DNA of 61,036 nt from a virus. Taxonomy: Duplodnaviria; Caudoviricetes. A model generated the notes under the pieces. The model was not told the DNA's origin. It saw only the letters and a program-made list of their open reading frames with translations, and ran no database searches. Numbering within the stretch: position 1 is the stretch's first letter; every line of letters begins with the position of its first letter. Location of the stretch: positions 1 to 61,036 of IMG/VR virus record IMGVR_UViG_3300050343_000189; one strand, 5' to 3'. Positions 7,701-19,749 of the stretch are shown here, in pieces. Both the position numbers and the translations under genes were made by a program.

Positions 7701-8400
7701 GATTTGTCTAATACATCATTGGGCTGGTATTGGAGATATCTTTTATCTCCAATCAGTTGCAAAGAAATACATCTCTATGGGGTATGAAATTATCTGGCCT
7801 CTTAGGGATGATATTTTATGGTTAGGTGATTATATTAAAGGTATTACTTTCTGCTCTAAAGAAGATAACTTTCCTGGTAAAGAATACTATGGGCAAGACG
7901 CAGTTATCATTACTCCTAACTTTGTATATCTTGGTATCATGAGACCTCATTTATGGGGTATTGGTGATGATAAGATTATGTCTTCTAAGTATAGTATCTT
8001 GAATATGGATCACACTGACTGGAAGAGTGGGTTTACTTTTGATAGGAAGTTTGATAAAGAGAACGATCTGTATTATAATGTCCTTGGTCTCAAAGATGAT
8101 TCTGAGTTCGTGTTCATCAATAATCTCTACAATGAGAATAGAAATTGTGAACTGATGCGTTCAGAAAACTATGACTTACCTGTCGTAGAACTTCAATACA
8201 TTGATGGATTTACACTGCTTGATTGGTGTAAAGTCTTTGAGAAAGCAAAGAGTGTGTTTACAATCAACACTTCTTTGAATTATATTATTGATACTCTGGA
8301 CACCTCTTATGAGAGATACGTAGTTGTTGCACATAATGAGCAGAATGAGAAAGAGATTGATTACCTTTTCAGCACACCACATGAGATGATATGCAAGTAG
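7693..8400 (+). CDS. Hypothetical protein, possible GT-B glycosyltransferase
   Basis: N-terminal AGIGDIF; located in the sugar island. Confidence 0.6.
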   Translation: MNKICLIHHWAGIGDIFYLQSVAKKYISMGYEIIWPLRDDILWLGDYIKGITFCSKEDNFPGKEYYGQDAVIITPNFVYLGIMRPHLWGIGDDKIMSSKYSILNMDHTDWKSGFTFDRKFDKENDLYYNVLGLKDDSEFVFINNLYNENRNCELMRSENYDLPVVELQYIDGFTLLDWCKVFEKAKSVFTINTSLNYIIDTLDTSYERYVVVAHNEQNEKEIDYLFSTPHEMICK

Positions 8401-8880
8401 TAGAGTATAAAGGAGATACATATCCACACTTTCAAACAATTGGCAATGCATCGCAGTTTGCTATTCCATTTGCTAAACATGTTTGTAGTGGGTATGGATA
8501 TGATATTGGATGTATGAAGAAGGAATGGTCTTTCCCAGATTCTGTTCCTATTGACCTATCATTTGATAATGGATGGGAAGCAGATAATCTTCCACCTGTT
8601 GAACCTGACTACATTTTTTCTAGTCATTGTCTAGAACATGTTCCTGATTGGGTTGCTACAATGGATTATTGGTATGCAAGACTCAAACTGGGAGGTGTTT
8701 TGTTCCTCTATCTTCCTGATTATAGTCAGAAGTATTGGAGACCTTGGAACAATAGAAGACATAAGCACTGCTTGAAACCTGAATTCATTCTATGATTACA
8801 TGATTGATAAGGGATATAAGAATGTCTTTGTATCGGGTATTGATTTAAATAACGCATTTATGATTATGGGGGAAAAATGA
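8391..8880 (+). CDS. Class I SAM-dependent methyltransferase (frameshifted)
   Basis: GYDIGC, DYIFSSHCLEHV, LKLGGVLFLYLP. Confidence 0.85.
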
Positions 8881-9734
8881 AAAAGATTTTAGTTTCTACT
8901 TGGTGTACTGATGATTATGCAGAACTTTTGGGTGTAGAAAAACTAGCTAACTCAATTAAATATTTTCATCCAGAGGTGGATCATGTTATCTTTGATACTA
9001 AGATGACTGAACAGATACATTCTGAAATGCCATGGATGAAACCTATTTGGATGATGGCAGCCACTTGTCTTCCTTTTGTTGAGGAATACGATATGGTTGT
9101 TCATTTGGATGCTGATGCTGTCGTTACTGGACCAATGACCGAGTTCTTTGAGAGTGAAGAAGACATTATTGGGGTTCGAAATAATAACTCTTTAGACAAA
9201 GCATCTGGACATGACTTTGGTATAACAATTACTCATCTTCCACCGTTTGGAAATGGTCAGCAGATTCCAATCCAAAACTTTATCAATGCTGGCATGATTG
9301 GTGCTAACAACAAAGAGTTCTGGGTAGACTGGCACGATGTAAACAAGCAGTCGGCTAAGATTAAAACAGAAGTTAATCCTTATGCTCATGGTATTGGTGA
9401 TGAACAAGATACTCTGAATCAAATATTTCATTCAGGAGAATATACTACTAAGATTGTAGATGCCATGGGATCAAATGTTTCCTATGGTATTTCTAATCAT
9501 TGGGGTAAGAACGATAACCATTGGGAAAGTTGGTCGCAAATTTACGTAAAAGGTGATAGACTATACCTTGATGATCCTAAGACAGGGGAACCGATGTGTA
9601 TTAAAGTCATGCACCAAGCTGGTGGACATGCTGCAGCACAATTAAATAGAGGAGCAGGTGGATTTAGAAATTGGTTGTCCTCTGTTGTATCTGACGAAGT
9701 TAATGACTACTTGAATGAGGTTCAAAATGGTTGA
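8877..9734 (+). CDS. GT-A glycosyltransferase (GT8-like)
   Basis: VVHLDADAVV, INAGM, DEQDTLN, VMHQAG. Confidence 0.75.
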   Translation: MKKILVSTWCTDDYAELLGVEKLANSIKYFHPEVDHVIFDTKMTEQIHSEMPWMKPIWMMAATCLPFVEEYDMVVHLDADAVVTGPMTEFFESEEDIIGVRNNNSLDKASGHDFGITITHLPPFGNGQQIPIQNFINAGMIGANNKEFWVDWHDVNKQSAKIKTEVNPYAHGIGDEQDTLNQIFHSGEYTTKIVDAMGSNVSYGISNHWGKNDNHWESWSQIYVKGDRLYLDDPKTGEPMCIKVMHQAGGHAAAQLNRGAGGFRNWLSSVVSDEVNDYLNEVQNG

Positions 9735-10999
9735 TATTGAAGCACTTCTTGAGGGTGTAAATCCACCCTACTTTGCTAATAGTAAGTGGGAACCAGGCAA
9801 TCCTGTATATTATTCTGGTCCTTACTGGGATAATCAAGAGTTGGGAGCAGCTGTCAATGGACTTCTGAATGGTAAGTGGTTACCATCTGGTGAGAAGGTA
9901 TATGAGTTTGAGAAGAAGTTCTCTAAACAATTTAACAAGGGACACTCTTTGATGGTGAACTCTGGTAGTTCTGCCAACCTGGTTATGATTGCTGCTCTGA
10001 AGAAAAGATTTGGTTGGCAGGATGGTGACGAGATCATTGTGTCATGTGTTGGTTTTCCTACCACCATTGCTCCGATCGTTCAGAATGGTTTGAAACCAGT
10101 CTTTGTTGACATCGACTTCTCTGATCTAAATTGGAGTATTGATGAGATTGAGGAAAAGGTTTCTACTAAGACCCGTGCCCTGTTCTCTTCTCCTGTTCTT
10201 GGTAATTCTTATAACTTAGGTGATGTTCTAGATATCTGTGATCGTAACAAAATCATGTTGATCTCAGATAATTGTGACAGTCTGGGTAGTAAGTGGAATG
10301 GTTCCTTTCTTACTGATCACTCTATTGCTGCTTCTTGTTCTTTTTATCCTGCTCATCATATCTGCACAGGTGAGGGTGGTATGATCTCTTCTGATGATGA
10401 GGAACTGATCAATATTGCCCGTAGTCTGGCATGGTGGGGTCGTGATTGCTATTGTGTAGGTCAGCAGAACCTGCTTGCTTGTGGCACTTGTGGTAAGAGA
10501 TTTGATAAGTGGATTGAGCATTATGATGGTATCATTGATCACAAGTATGTGTATTCTCAGATGGGATACAATCTCAAACCTATGGACTTCCAAGGTGCTA
10601 TTGGCACTGTGCAACTGACTAAACAAGATGAGATTCATCGGTTGCGTCGTAAGAATAAGATTCTGATGCAGGAAATCTTTGAACGTATTCCTGGTGTTCG
10701 TAGTGTGGATGAACTTCCTGAAGCAGAGACCAGTTGGTTTGGTGTCCCTATTATCTGTGATAGTGCGGATACTAAGGTTAGACTGACAAAACATTTGGAG
10801 GATAATAAAGTTCAGACTCGTAACTACTTTGCAGGTAATATTCTGATGCATCCTGGATATAGGCATCTTGATTACTATCGAAACTATCCGAATGCTTGTA
10901 AGGTGCTTGACCTTAGTATTCTTTGTTGGTTGTTCTCCTACAATTACTGAGGATATGATTGAATATGTTGGAACTGTAGTTGATTCTTTTGAGAAATGA
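9727..10999 (+). CDS. rfbH: CDP-4-keto-6-deoxyglucose 3-dehydrase (RfbH/DdhC, DegT/DnrJ family)
   Basis: VNSGSSANL, GFPTT, DNCDSLG, SFYPAHHICTGEGG (His replaces the Schiff-base Lys), WGRDCYC..CG Fe-S motif, DHKYVYS.MGYNLK. Confidence 0.9.
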
Positions 11000-12682
11000 G
11001 AGTAGCAGATTATGTGATCGACCAGATTTACAAGGCAGGTTGTGAACATATCTTCCTTGTAACTGGTGGTGGGAGCGATGTTTTTAAATGATGCAATTGC
11101 TGCTCATGAAAAAATTGAACCAGTTTGTAATCATCATGAACAAGCATGTGCAATGGGTGCAGTCGCATATGCAAAATATAAAAATAGTCTAGGTGCCGTT
11201 TGTGTTACCACAGGATGTGGTGGAACTAATGCAATTACTGGTCTTCTGGATGCATGGCAGGATAGTGTTCCTGTTATTTTTGTGTCTGGCAATGTAAATA
11301 GACCACATATGGCTCCTGCAGGTGTAAGAAATCTTGGAGTTCAGGAAGCAAACATTATTGATATTGTAAAACCAATCACTAAGTATGCAACTGTGGTTGA
11401 AGATCCTGAGATGATTGATGAGGTAATGAAAGATGCGATTCGTATTGCTACTCATGGTCGTCCTGGTCCTGTATGGATCGATATTCCTATGGATGTACAG
11501 GGTGTTGAATGTTTTAGTATTGAGGATGCCGTAAAGAGGGCAAAGAGACCTTTGATTCTTGCTGGTAATGGTATCAACTGTGCTCAAGCAAGAGAAGAGT
11601 TTAAGTTCTTTGTTGACCAGACAAACATTCCAGTTGTTACTTCATACAATGGTGTTGATCTTATTTCCTCTGATGATAGAAACTATGTTGGTAGAGTTGG
11701 AGTAAAGGGAACTCGTTCTGGCAACTTTGCAATGCAAAATTGTGATCTACTTCTTGTGATTGGTTGCCGTCTTCCTGTTCCTGTGACTGGATATAACTAT
11801 AAAACTTTTGCTAGAGAAGCAGAAGTTATTGTTGTTGATATTGATAAGGATGAACACTCAAAGGATACAGTAAAGATTGATAGATTTATTAATCGTGATG
11901 CAAAAAACTTTCTTGATCTTTACTGGTTTGATCGTAGTAAGAGTGATTGGAATTATCTTTGCGAAGAGTGGAAAGAAAAATGGCCAGTGTGTCCTACAGA
12001 AAATTCATCTGAAAAAGTAGATCTCTATTACTTCATGCAATGTCTGAATACTTTAAAGAGAGATGACGATGTTTTAATTTCTGATGCAGGTTCTGCATTC
12101 TATGTTTGTTCTCAAGCAACTACAATTAAAAATCAACAGAGATATATCACATCTAGTTCTCAAGCAGAGATGGGATTTACAATTCCTGCTTGCATTGGTG
12201 CTGCATTTGCCAAGTATGGAGATGTAATTGGTGTAACTGGAGATGGTTCTTTTATGATGAACCTACAAGAACTTCAGACTATCAAACACTACAACCTTCC
12301 TATCAAGTTGTTTGTATGGAATAATGACGGATACCTCTCTATTCGCACAACTCAAAAGAAATTTTTTGAGGGTAGGGAAATCGGAACAGATGCTGAAAGT
12401 GGTGTCTCTATCCCAAGCATCCGTGATGTGGTAAAGAGTTTTGGTATTGAACACATTTATGCTGATGCAAAAGGTCTAGAACATGCAGTTCAAACTACTC
12501 TTGATTGTAGTGGTCCTATTGTATGTGAGGTCCTTTGTGAGAAGTGGCAGGAAGTTGTTCCTACAATGCAAGGTAGAAAAAATGCAGATGGTACGATTAG
12601 CGCACCACCTTTAGAAGATATGTATCCTTTCTTGTCAAGAAAGGAATTTTATGATAACATGATTATTAAGCCCTTAGACTAA
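10996..12682 (+). CDS. ThDP-dependent acetolactate-synthase-like enzyme (YerE-like)
   Basis: MRVADY..GCEHIF.VTGGG, HHEQA, TTGCGGTNAITG, GRPGPVWIDIPMDVQ, GDGSFMMNLQEL..WNNDGY. Confidence 0.92.
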
Positions 12683-12683
12683 T

Positions 12684-13550
12684 ATGCCTGCTGATAATAA
12701 AGATAAGGTAACTATTCTAAAGTTACGCAAACAAAAAAAGAACAAGGTAAAGACTGTTGGTGTTACCGCATATGATTATCCACAAGCATTGATGGCAGAC
12801 AATGCTGGTGTTGATTGGATTCTTGTTGGTGATTCTCTTGGTATGACCACTCTAGGTTACAAGAGCACCATTCCAGTGACTATGGATGATATGCTTCGTT
12901 CTGCTGGAGCAGTGTCCCGTGGTTCTAACCGTGCATTCACTGTAGGGGATATGCCCTATATGTCCTATCAAATTTCTAATGAAGAAGCAGTAAGAAATGC
13001 TGGAGACTTCATCAAGGCAGGTATGGATGCTGTAAAGGTTGAAGGTTGTATGGTAGAACGTATCAAAGCAATCTGTGATTCTGGTATCATGGTGATGAGT
13101 CATCTAGGATTGACCCCGCATACTCGCGCAAAACTGGGTGGATATCGTGTTCAGGGTAAGACTGCTGATCAGGCAAAAGTTATTCTTGATCAGGCACTAC
13201 GCCTTCAAGATGCTGGATGCACTTTCTTACTTCTTGAGGGTATGCCTAGAGAGTCTGCTGAAATGATTGCAACTAACTTAGATATTCCTGTATATGGAAT
13301 TGGTGCTGGAGACAGAGTTGACGGTCAGTTGGTTATTATGCATGACTTGGTTGGACTTTTCTGGGAGTTTAAATCTAAGTTTGTTAAACGTTATTGTGAA
13401 GCAGGTCAAATGATTCAGTCTGCTCTCACTGATTATGTTAATGAAGTTCGAGATCTTCAGTTCCCTGCACAAGAGAACTTCTATGAGATCAAAGATGAAG
13501 AACTTGAAAAACTTTTAGGACAAGGAGCAGGTTGGAAACATGACAAGTAA
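12684..13550 (+). CDS. panB: 3-methyl-2-oxobutanoate hydroxymethyltransferase-like protein
   Basis: TAYDYP, ILVGDSLGM, GDMPYMSY, AVKVEG, HLGLTP, GGYRVQGK, GIGAG, DGQLVIMHD. Confidence 0.95.
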   Translation: MPADNKDKVTILKLRKQKKNKVKTVGVTAYDYPQALMADNAGVDWILVGDSLGMTTLGYKSTIPVTMDDMLRSAGAVSRGSNRAFTVGDMPYMSYQISNEEAVRNAGDFIKAGMDAVKVEGCMVERIKAICDSGIMVMSHLGLTPHTRAKLGGYRVQGKTADQAKVILDQALRLQDAGCTFLLLEGMPRESAEMIATNLDIPVYGIGAGDRVDGQLVIMHDLVGLFWEFKSKFVKRYCEAGQMIQSALTDYVNEVRDLQFPAQENFYEIKDEELEKLLGQGAGWKHDK

Positions 13551-14385
13551 AAAGATTCTTTTCACTGGTGGTAATGGTTTTATTGGTCGTCAGATTATTC
13601 CCTTCATTCAGGAAGCAGGATATGAGATAGTTAGACCCAGATCAACTCAGGTTCGACTTCAGGTTGATGAAGAAGTTGCTACCCTATTTGATGATGGTCA
13701 ACACTATGATGCAATCATTCATGCTGCCATTGTCGGTGGTAGAAGAGATCTTGATGATGATTATAGAGTTCTGTATACTAATCTCAATATGTTTGAGACT
13801 CTGTATAAGTATGTTGATCAGACTGACATGTTCATCAATCTGGATAGTGGTGCATCATATGGTCGTCCTGCTCCCGTTGATGAACCCTCACCAGAAGACT
13901 TTGGTAAAGTTATTCCAAGTGATCCATATGGATTCTCAAAATATGTTATTGCCAAACGTGTATTAGATAATCCAAAGGGTGTGAATCTTCGCATCTTTGG
14001 ATGCTTTGGTGAGCATGAAGAGAGCACACGATTCTTTAACACTAACATCAATCAATATATTGACAAGAAACCTATTCAACTTGTCAAAGATCGGAAGATG
14101 GATTTTATCTTTGCTGATGACCTCTACAAGATTGTTAAGTATTATCTTGATGGTAATTATGGACCCAAAGATGTGAATTGTGTTTATGATCGTAAGTATA
14201 TGCTCAGTGATATTGCTGAGATTATCAATCACTTAGGACCTTACAAGGTTGATATTCAATCTGAAGGACAGCATCCTATATTTCCGTATGTTGGAAAAGC
14301 AAATAACTTGCCTATTGAATATAGTGGTTTAGTAAATGGAATTCGCAAAGTCTATGAAACATATCTTTGTCAACGGAACGTTTGA
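13540..14385 (+). CDS. NAD-dependent sugar epimerase/reductase (extended SDR)
   Basis: FTGGNGFIG, SGASYG, YGFSK, LRIFGCFG. Confidence 0.9.
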   Translation: MTSKKILFTGGNGFIGRQIIPFIQEAGYEIVRPRSTQVRLQVDEEVATLFDDGQHYDAIIHAAIVGGRRDLDDDYRVLYTNLNMFETLYKYVDQTDMFINLDSGASYGRPAPVDEPSPEDFGKVIPSDPYGFSKYVIAKRVLDNPKGVNLRIFGCFGEHEESTRFFNTNINQYIDKKPIQLVKDRKMDFIFADDLYKIVKYYLDGNYGPKDVNCVYDRKYMLSDIAEIINHLGPYKVDIQSEGQHPIFPYVGKANNLPIEYSGLVNGIRKVYETYLCQRNV

Positions 14386-14755
14386 TATTCTACATCGAGG
14401 CCATATTGAACTCCTAAACTATGCAAAAAGTTTAGGAGACTTTTTATTAGTTGGAATTGATACTGATGATAGAGTAAAAGAAAAGAAAGGTCCTACCAGA
14501 CCCATACATAGTCAAGAAGAAAGAAAGTTTTTTCTTGAAAACTTAAAAGCAGTAGATGGTGTCGATACTTTTTCGTGTGACGAAGAGTTAGAATGTATGA
14601 TTAAATCATATAAACCTGATATAATGATTGTAGGATCAGACTGGAAAGGAAAGTCTGTAATTGGATCTTATTATGCTGCTGAACTTAGATTCTTTGATCG
14701 AATAGGTGATTATGCCACAACAAAAACAATTCAAAGTATTATTGATCGGAGATAG
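14354..14755 (+). CDS. Cytidylyltransferase-family nucleotidyltransferase (HldE/RfaE domain II-like)
   Basis: NGTFDILHRGH, VGIDTD, KGPTRPI, KPDIMIVGSDW. Confidence 0.9.
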   Translation: MKHIFVNGTFDILHRGHIELLNYAKSLGDFLLVGIDTDDRVKEKKGPTRPIHSQEERKFFLENLKAVDGVDTFSCDEELECMIKSYKPDIMIVGSDWKGKSVIGSYYAAELRFFDRIGDYATTKTIQSIIDRR

Positions 14756-15462
14756 TTGTATCGATGAATATGTTTATGGGATATGTGAAAGACTTAATCC
14801 AGAAGCACCAGTACCTATTCTTAAGAAAACTAGAGTAAAAACTCAGAAAGGAATGGCATGGAATGTGAGAGAGAATCTCATGTCATTTGGAGTTGAAGTT
14901 TACATTCTTACTCAGGAAGAACAGGATTATAAAACGTAGATTCATTGATGAAAGATATAACCAACAACTTCTTAGAGTTGATGTAGAGGATCCTACTAAA
15001 CCTCTTGATTATGATCTACCAGAAGATAACTTTGATGCCCTTGTCATATCGGATTATGATAAGGGATTTATTACAACTGAAAGAATGTTTCAGTTGGTAG
15101 AATGGTTTGATGGTCCTGTGTTTATCGACAGTAAGAAAAAAGTATTACCTACAGATAATGCATATGTTAAAATAAATGCTGATGAATATTCTAAATTAGA
15201 AACTAAATCTAATAATTTAATTGTGACCAAAGGTTCTGGTGGTGCAGATTACCAAGGTGTAAATTATCCTGGTATTGGAGTGGGAGTATTTGATGTTTGT
15301 GGTGCCGGGGACACTTTCTTATCTGCACTTGTTTACTTTTATCTCCTGTATGCTAAAATAGAGAAAGCAATACCATATGCAAATAAAGCAGCTGCGATTG
15401 CTGTAACACATTTTGGAACCTATGTATTATCTGAGAGGGATGTAAATGAGATATGTGATTGA
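14712..15462 (+). CDS. PfkB-family kinase (HldE/RfaE domain I-like; frameshifted)
   Basis: LIGDSCIDEYVYG..RLNPEAPVP, ISDYDKG, DVCGAGDTF. Confidence 0.9.
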
Positions 15463-15775
15463 TATTGACGGTACTATATGCACTCCAGGTTCCACAGAGG
15501 AGATGAGATATGAACAGGCGATGCCAATTCAGGATCGTATTGATAAAATAAATAAACTATACGAAGAGGGTCATACCATCGTATATCTAACTGCCAGAGG
15601 GATGGGTAGGTATAAAAATAATGCAGACCTGGCAAAAAAAGAATTCTATGAATTTACTGAGATACAATTAAGTTTGTGGGGATGTAAGTATCATCAATTA
15701 TTCCTTGGTAAACCTTCAGCAGACTACTACATAGATGATAAAGGAATCCACTCTGATGACTTCTTCGGAAATTAA
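15446..15775 (+). CDS. Small HAD-family phosphatase
   Basis: IDIDGTIC, YLTARGM, GKP..DYYIDDK. Confidence 0.85.
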   Translation: MRYVIDIDGTICTPGSTEEMRYEQAMPIQDRIDKINKLYEEGHTIVYLTARGMGRYKNNADLAKKEFYEFTEIQLSLWGCKYHQLFLGKPSADYYIDDKGIHSDDFFGN

Positions 15776-16112
15776 GCATGTCCCTAAAGGTTGGGGATAT
15801 GAAAAATGGATTGTAAATACTGATGAGTATTGCGGAAAACTTCTTTTCTTTGATGAAGGGAAAAGATGCTCTTGGCACTATCATAACTTAAAGGATGAAA
15901 CATTTTACCTGCAGTCTGGTAGAATACTTTTGTACTATGGTGATAGTGATGACCTGGCAAAAGCAAATGATTGTATCCTAGAACCAGGAGATAAATTTCA
16001 CATCTATCGTGGACTGAGACATCAGATGATTGCAGTCGAACCATCTGAACTTTTTGAATTTTCCACAGAACATTTTGATGAAGACAGTTATAGAGTAATT
16101 AAAGGAGATTAA
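15756..16112 (+). CDS. Cupin protein (mannose-6-phosphate isomerase-like)
   Basis: VPKGWGYE, SWHYH..KDETFY, GLRHQM. Confidence 0.85.
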   Translation: MTSSEIKHVPKGWGYEKWIVNTDEYCGKLLFFDEGKRCSWHYHNLKDETFYLQSGRILLYYGDSDDLAKANDCILEPGDKFHIYRGLRHQMIAVEPSELFEFSTEHFDEDSYRVIKGD

Positions 16113-16113
16113 T

Positions 16114-17700
16114 ATGAAAGTTGTTATTCCCATGTCTGGTATGAGCCGTAGGTTCATGGATGCTGGATATACAGTGCCGAAATATCTTTTAGAGATTGAT
16201 GGCAAAACTGTCATCGAACATATCATCGACTTGTATCCTAAAGATACTGAGTTTGTCTGTATTCTGAATAGGAAGCATCATGATGAAACAGATGTTGCAG
16301 GTCTCTTACTTCACAAACTCCCTGAAGGATCTTCGATTAGAGTTATTGATCCTCATAAGTTAGGTCCAGTCCATAGTGTTCTTCAGGCATTGAAGGACAT
16401 TGATGATGAAGAACAAGTCATTGTAAATTACTGTGACTTTTCAATGAAGTGGGATTATGATGATTTTGTTTCACATGTTACTGATACGGATTGTGATGGA
16501 TCTGTAATTTCATATACCGGATTCCATCCTCACATGTTGGGTAGTGATAATTATGCTTTCTGTAGACTGAAAGAAGGTTCATTTCAAATTGAAGAGATAC
16601 GTGAGAAGCGACCATTTACTGACGATAAGATGTCAGAGTATGCTTCTACTGGCACTTACTATTTCAAGAAAGGTAAGTATGTTAAGCATTACTTTCAACA
16701 ACTGATTGATGAAGATGTTAATATTAATGGAGAATATTATGTTAGTTTGGTTCACAATCTGATGATCAAGGATGGATTATACAACACTGTATATGAAGTT
16801 CCAAACATGCTTCAGTGGGGAACACCACTAGATGTGAAGATGTATCAGCAGTGGTCTGACTATTATCGAACAGTGATTGTAATGTCAAGAGCAAGTTGAA
16901 ATTGAAGGGATGTGTCACTGCACTTCCTATGGCAGGTGCAGGTAGTAGATTTCCAAGGAGGGATATGGTGTGCCGAAACCATTTCTTATGGTTAATGGTG
17001 AGTACATGGTTGATCAAGCACTTAGATGTCTTCCGGAGACGGATAAAACTATCTTGCATGCTCTTAGAATCTCATATGAGTATGCTGCCACTTGAAGAGT
17101 ATCCAGTAATGTTGTATGGATTGATGACTGTTCTTGAAGGTCAAGCTTGCACAACATCGATGATTGTAGAAAGAGTTGAAGATGACACTCAATTTTACTT
17201 GTCTGCATGTGACAATGGAGCACTTGTATGACTCTGATAAGTTTGCTGATTTGATTGAAGATCAGGATAATGATATCGTTGTCTGGAGTTATAGAAATAA
17301 CTACACAGCACATCACAATCCTAACATGTATTCATGGTTGGATGTTGATGATGAATGAGACTATGTAAGGGTAAAGTAAATGTTAAAAAATTTAGATGGA
17401 GAGAACCCTATAGATGAATATGCTATAGTGGGAACTATGTTCTTTAGCAACAAGAAGGTATATAATAAATCTCTTACAAAATTATTATGAAAAGAATGAG
17501 AAGTAATGGTGAATTTTATGTTGATAGTCTTGTTAAATGTTGCAATTGAGTCAGGATATACTGTAAAGAATTTTGAGATCGATCATTATATTTGTTGGGG
17601 AACACCTAACGATCTCAAGACATATAGATACTGGCAAGAATTTTTTCATAAAGTTGATTGGCATCCTTATGACTATATAAAAGATTACTTTACCAATTAG
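16114..17700 (+). CDS. Two-domain sugar nucleotidyltransferase (frameshifted)
   Basis: IPMSGMSRRF...PKYLL and a second LPMAGAGSRF; NGEYYV/NGEFYV and WGTP motifs each occur twice. Confidence 0.8.
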
Positions 17701-18789
17701 ATATTGGGACCAAGTCCTACGAGAAAAATATCTAGCTACAGGATGAAAAGTGGTAGAACTATTGAAGTTGCATATTTTTCTTGTCCAATTTACTGGACTA
17801 TCAAAACATTATCCATTACCTCTTGTATATTCTTATACAAATAAAAGACTTATATCTTCCCTCAGAGAAAAATTTATGTCTCTTGATAGAGGAACTGTAT
17901 ATGAAACTGGTGACATGAATTATGAGATGAACATGTTCTCTTAGGGAAAACATGTGATGTTCCAATGTTTTACTTTGTGTATAATATGGCAAACTATTAT
18001 CACTTCATATATGATACTTTGCCATATCTCTATTCTTACTTCAATGAAAAATATATTCATCCTGACATGAAATTGCTTGTCAGTCCTCCAGAGGGACAAG
18101 ATGATCTTTATCCTTTTGTGTGGGATAGTCTTGCAATGTTGGGTATCACTAAGAGATGATGTGGTATTTCTTGACACGGATGTGATGTATAATCGTGTAT
18201 GTATTTCATCTTCATTGACACATAACGGTCTATCTAACTGTCCACCTCATAAAGGAGTGTTTGAATATCGTCAATCAGATGGAAGAGTGACTATGTGGGA
18301 CCTGAGAAGATCTATATCTCTCGTCGAACCTGGTTGCATAATACACATCATAACATTGGAACGAACTACACGGAACGCCGTAGATGTGCATCAATGAAGA
18401 TCAAGTTGCACAGATGTTTATTGATCAGGGTTTCAAAGAAGTATTCTGTGAAAACTTGACAATGAAGAAAAGATTGGTATGTTTAGGAATGCAAAGTATG
18501 TTGCAGGTCCAATTGGTGGTGGAATGTGTAATGTCATTATTCTCTCCTCCAGATACTAAAGTTTTCTCAATTAATAGTCCAACTTTCTTTGATGTGAATT
18601 TTAGATTTGGGTATTCTATGGAACATACAGACCTTACTCATTTTGAACATACTGAATTTACTGATCAAGAAAGAAGAGTCTATTGAGAGTGACGGATCAC
18701 TTTCAATCTCTGGAGGACTTAATTCTCCTTGGCAAGTAGATCTAAATAAACTATCCAAATTTTTATGCAAATGGATACCTCAATTTTAG
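17700..18789 (+). CDS. GT61/DUF563-like glycosyltransferase (heavily frameshifted)
   Basis: NYYHFIYDTLP, KIYISRR, INEDQV, GFKEVFCENL. Confidence 0.65.
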
Positions 18790-19438
18790 AACTTGCATGG
18801 GCATTGGGTCCTTACGCCATTTGTGGTGAAGGGTAATGTCTCTGTGAGAGATGATGACAGTTTTTGGATGAAGGCAAGTGGTGCTTCGTTAACCAATCTT
18901 GGAAAATCTGAGATGGTTGCCTGTAAGATGACAGGTGTGCCCTTTGATTCATTGGGACCAAAACCAAGTATTGAAACTGGTTTTCATGCATGGATTTTAA
19001 GAGAGTTTGAAGATATTAATTTTGTAGCTCATACTCATCCAGCAAAGACCATGCAGGTGTTGTGCTCTGAGCAGATCTATTCATTTGCAGATCATAGACT
19101 ATTTCCTGATCAGGTAGTGAGGAATGGTGCTAAGTCTTGTGTAGTTCCTTATGCAATGCCAGGTAAACCTTTACTTGAACAAATTAAAAAGTATGTAACC
19201 TATATTTGTTGAAGAGTATCAATACTTTCCTAAATTGATATTACTTGAAAATCATGGTATAATTGTAGCATCTTCTTCTCATAAAGAATGTATTGCTTCT
19301 ACAATGATGTGTGAAAAATCTGCAGAGATTTTTATTGGATCTAAGGTTCTTGGGCAAACTAATTTCCTTACGAGTGAACAGGTCAGTGAGATAGACAAAT
19401 GTCCCAGTGAAAAACATAGGAGAAAAATGTATCAATGA
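18771..19438 (+). CDS. Class II aldolase/adducin family protein (frameshifted)
   Basis: GNVSVR, MKASG, PSIETGFH, VAHTHP, PYAMPG, LLENHG. Confidence 0.88.
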
Positions 19439-19749
19439 AAGTGTAATTTATGTTGATATTGATGAAACGATTTGTAATCGAGAATCATCTACAGATTTTG
19501 GAACAACTCATGATTACACCAAAGCAAAACCAATTCAAAATAACATTGATAAGATTAACCAATTGTATGATCAAGGAAATACGATTGTGTATTGGACAGC
19601 AAGAGGAAGTAGAAAGCAGATTGATTGGACTAATCTTGACACAGCAACAACTGTCAGACTGGGGATGTAAGTATCATGAACTTCGTGTTGACAAACCATT
19701 TTACGATCTCTTCATTGAAGATAAATCATTACGCATTGAGGAAGTATGA
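19435..19749 (+). CDS. Small HAD-family phosphatase (frameshifted)
   Basis: YVDIDETIC, YWTARG, KPFYDLFIEDK. Confidence 0.8.

Noticed and set aside
10264-11049. Long antisense ORFs (261 aa here; others opposite psbA, psbD, gene 32 and the tail genes)
   Set aside because: Shadows of codon bias in well-supported sense genes, with no motifs or start signals.
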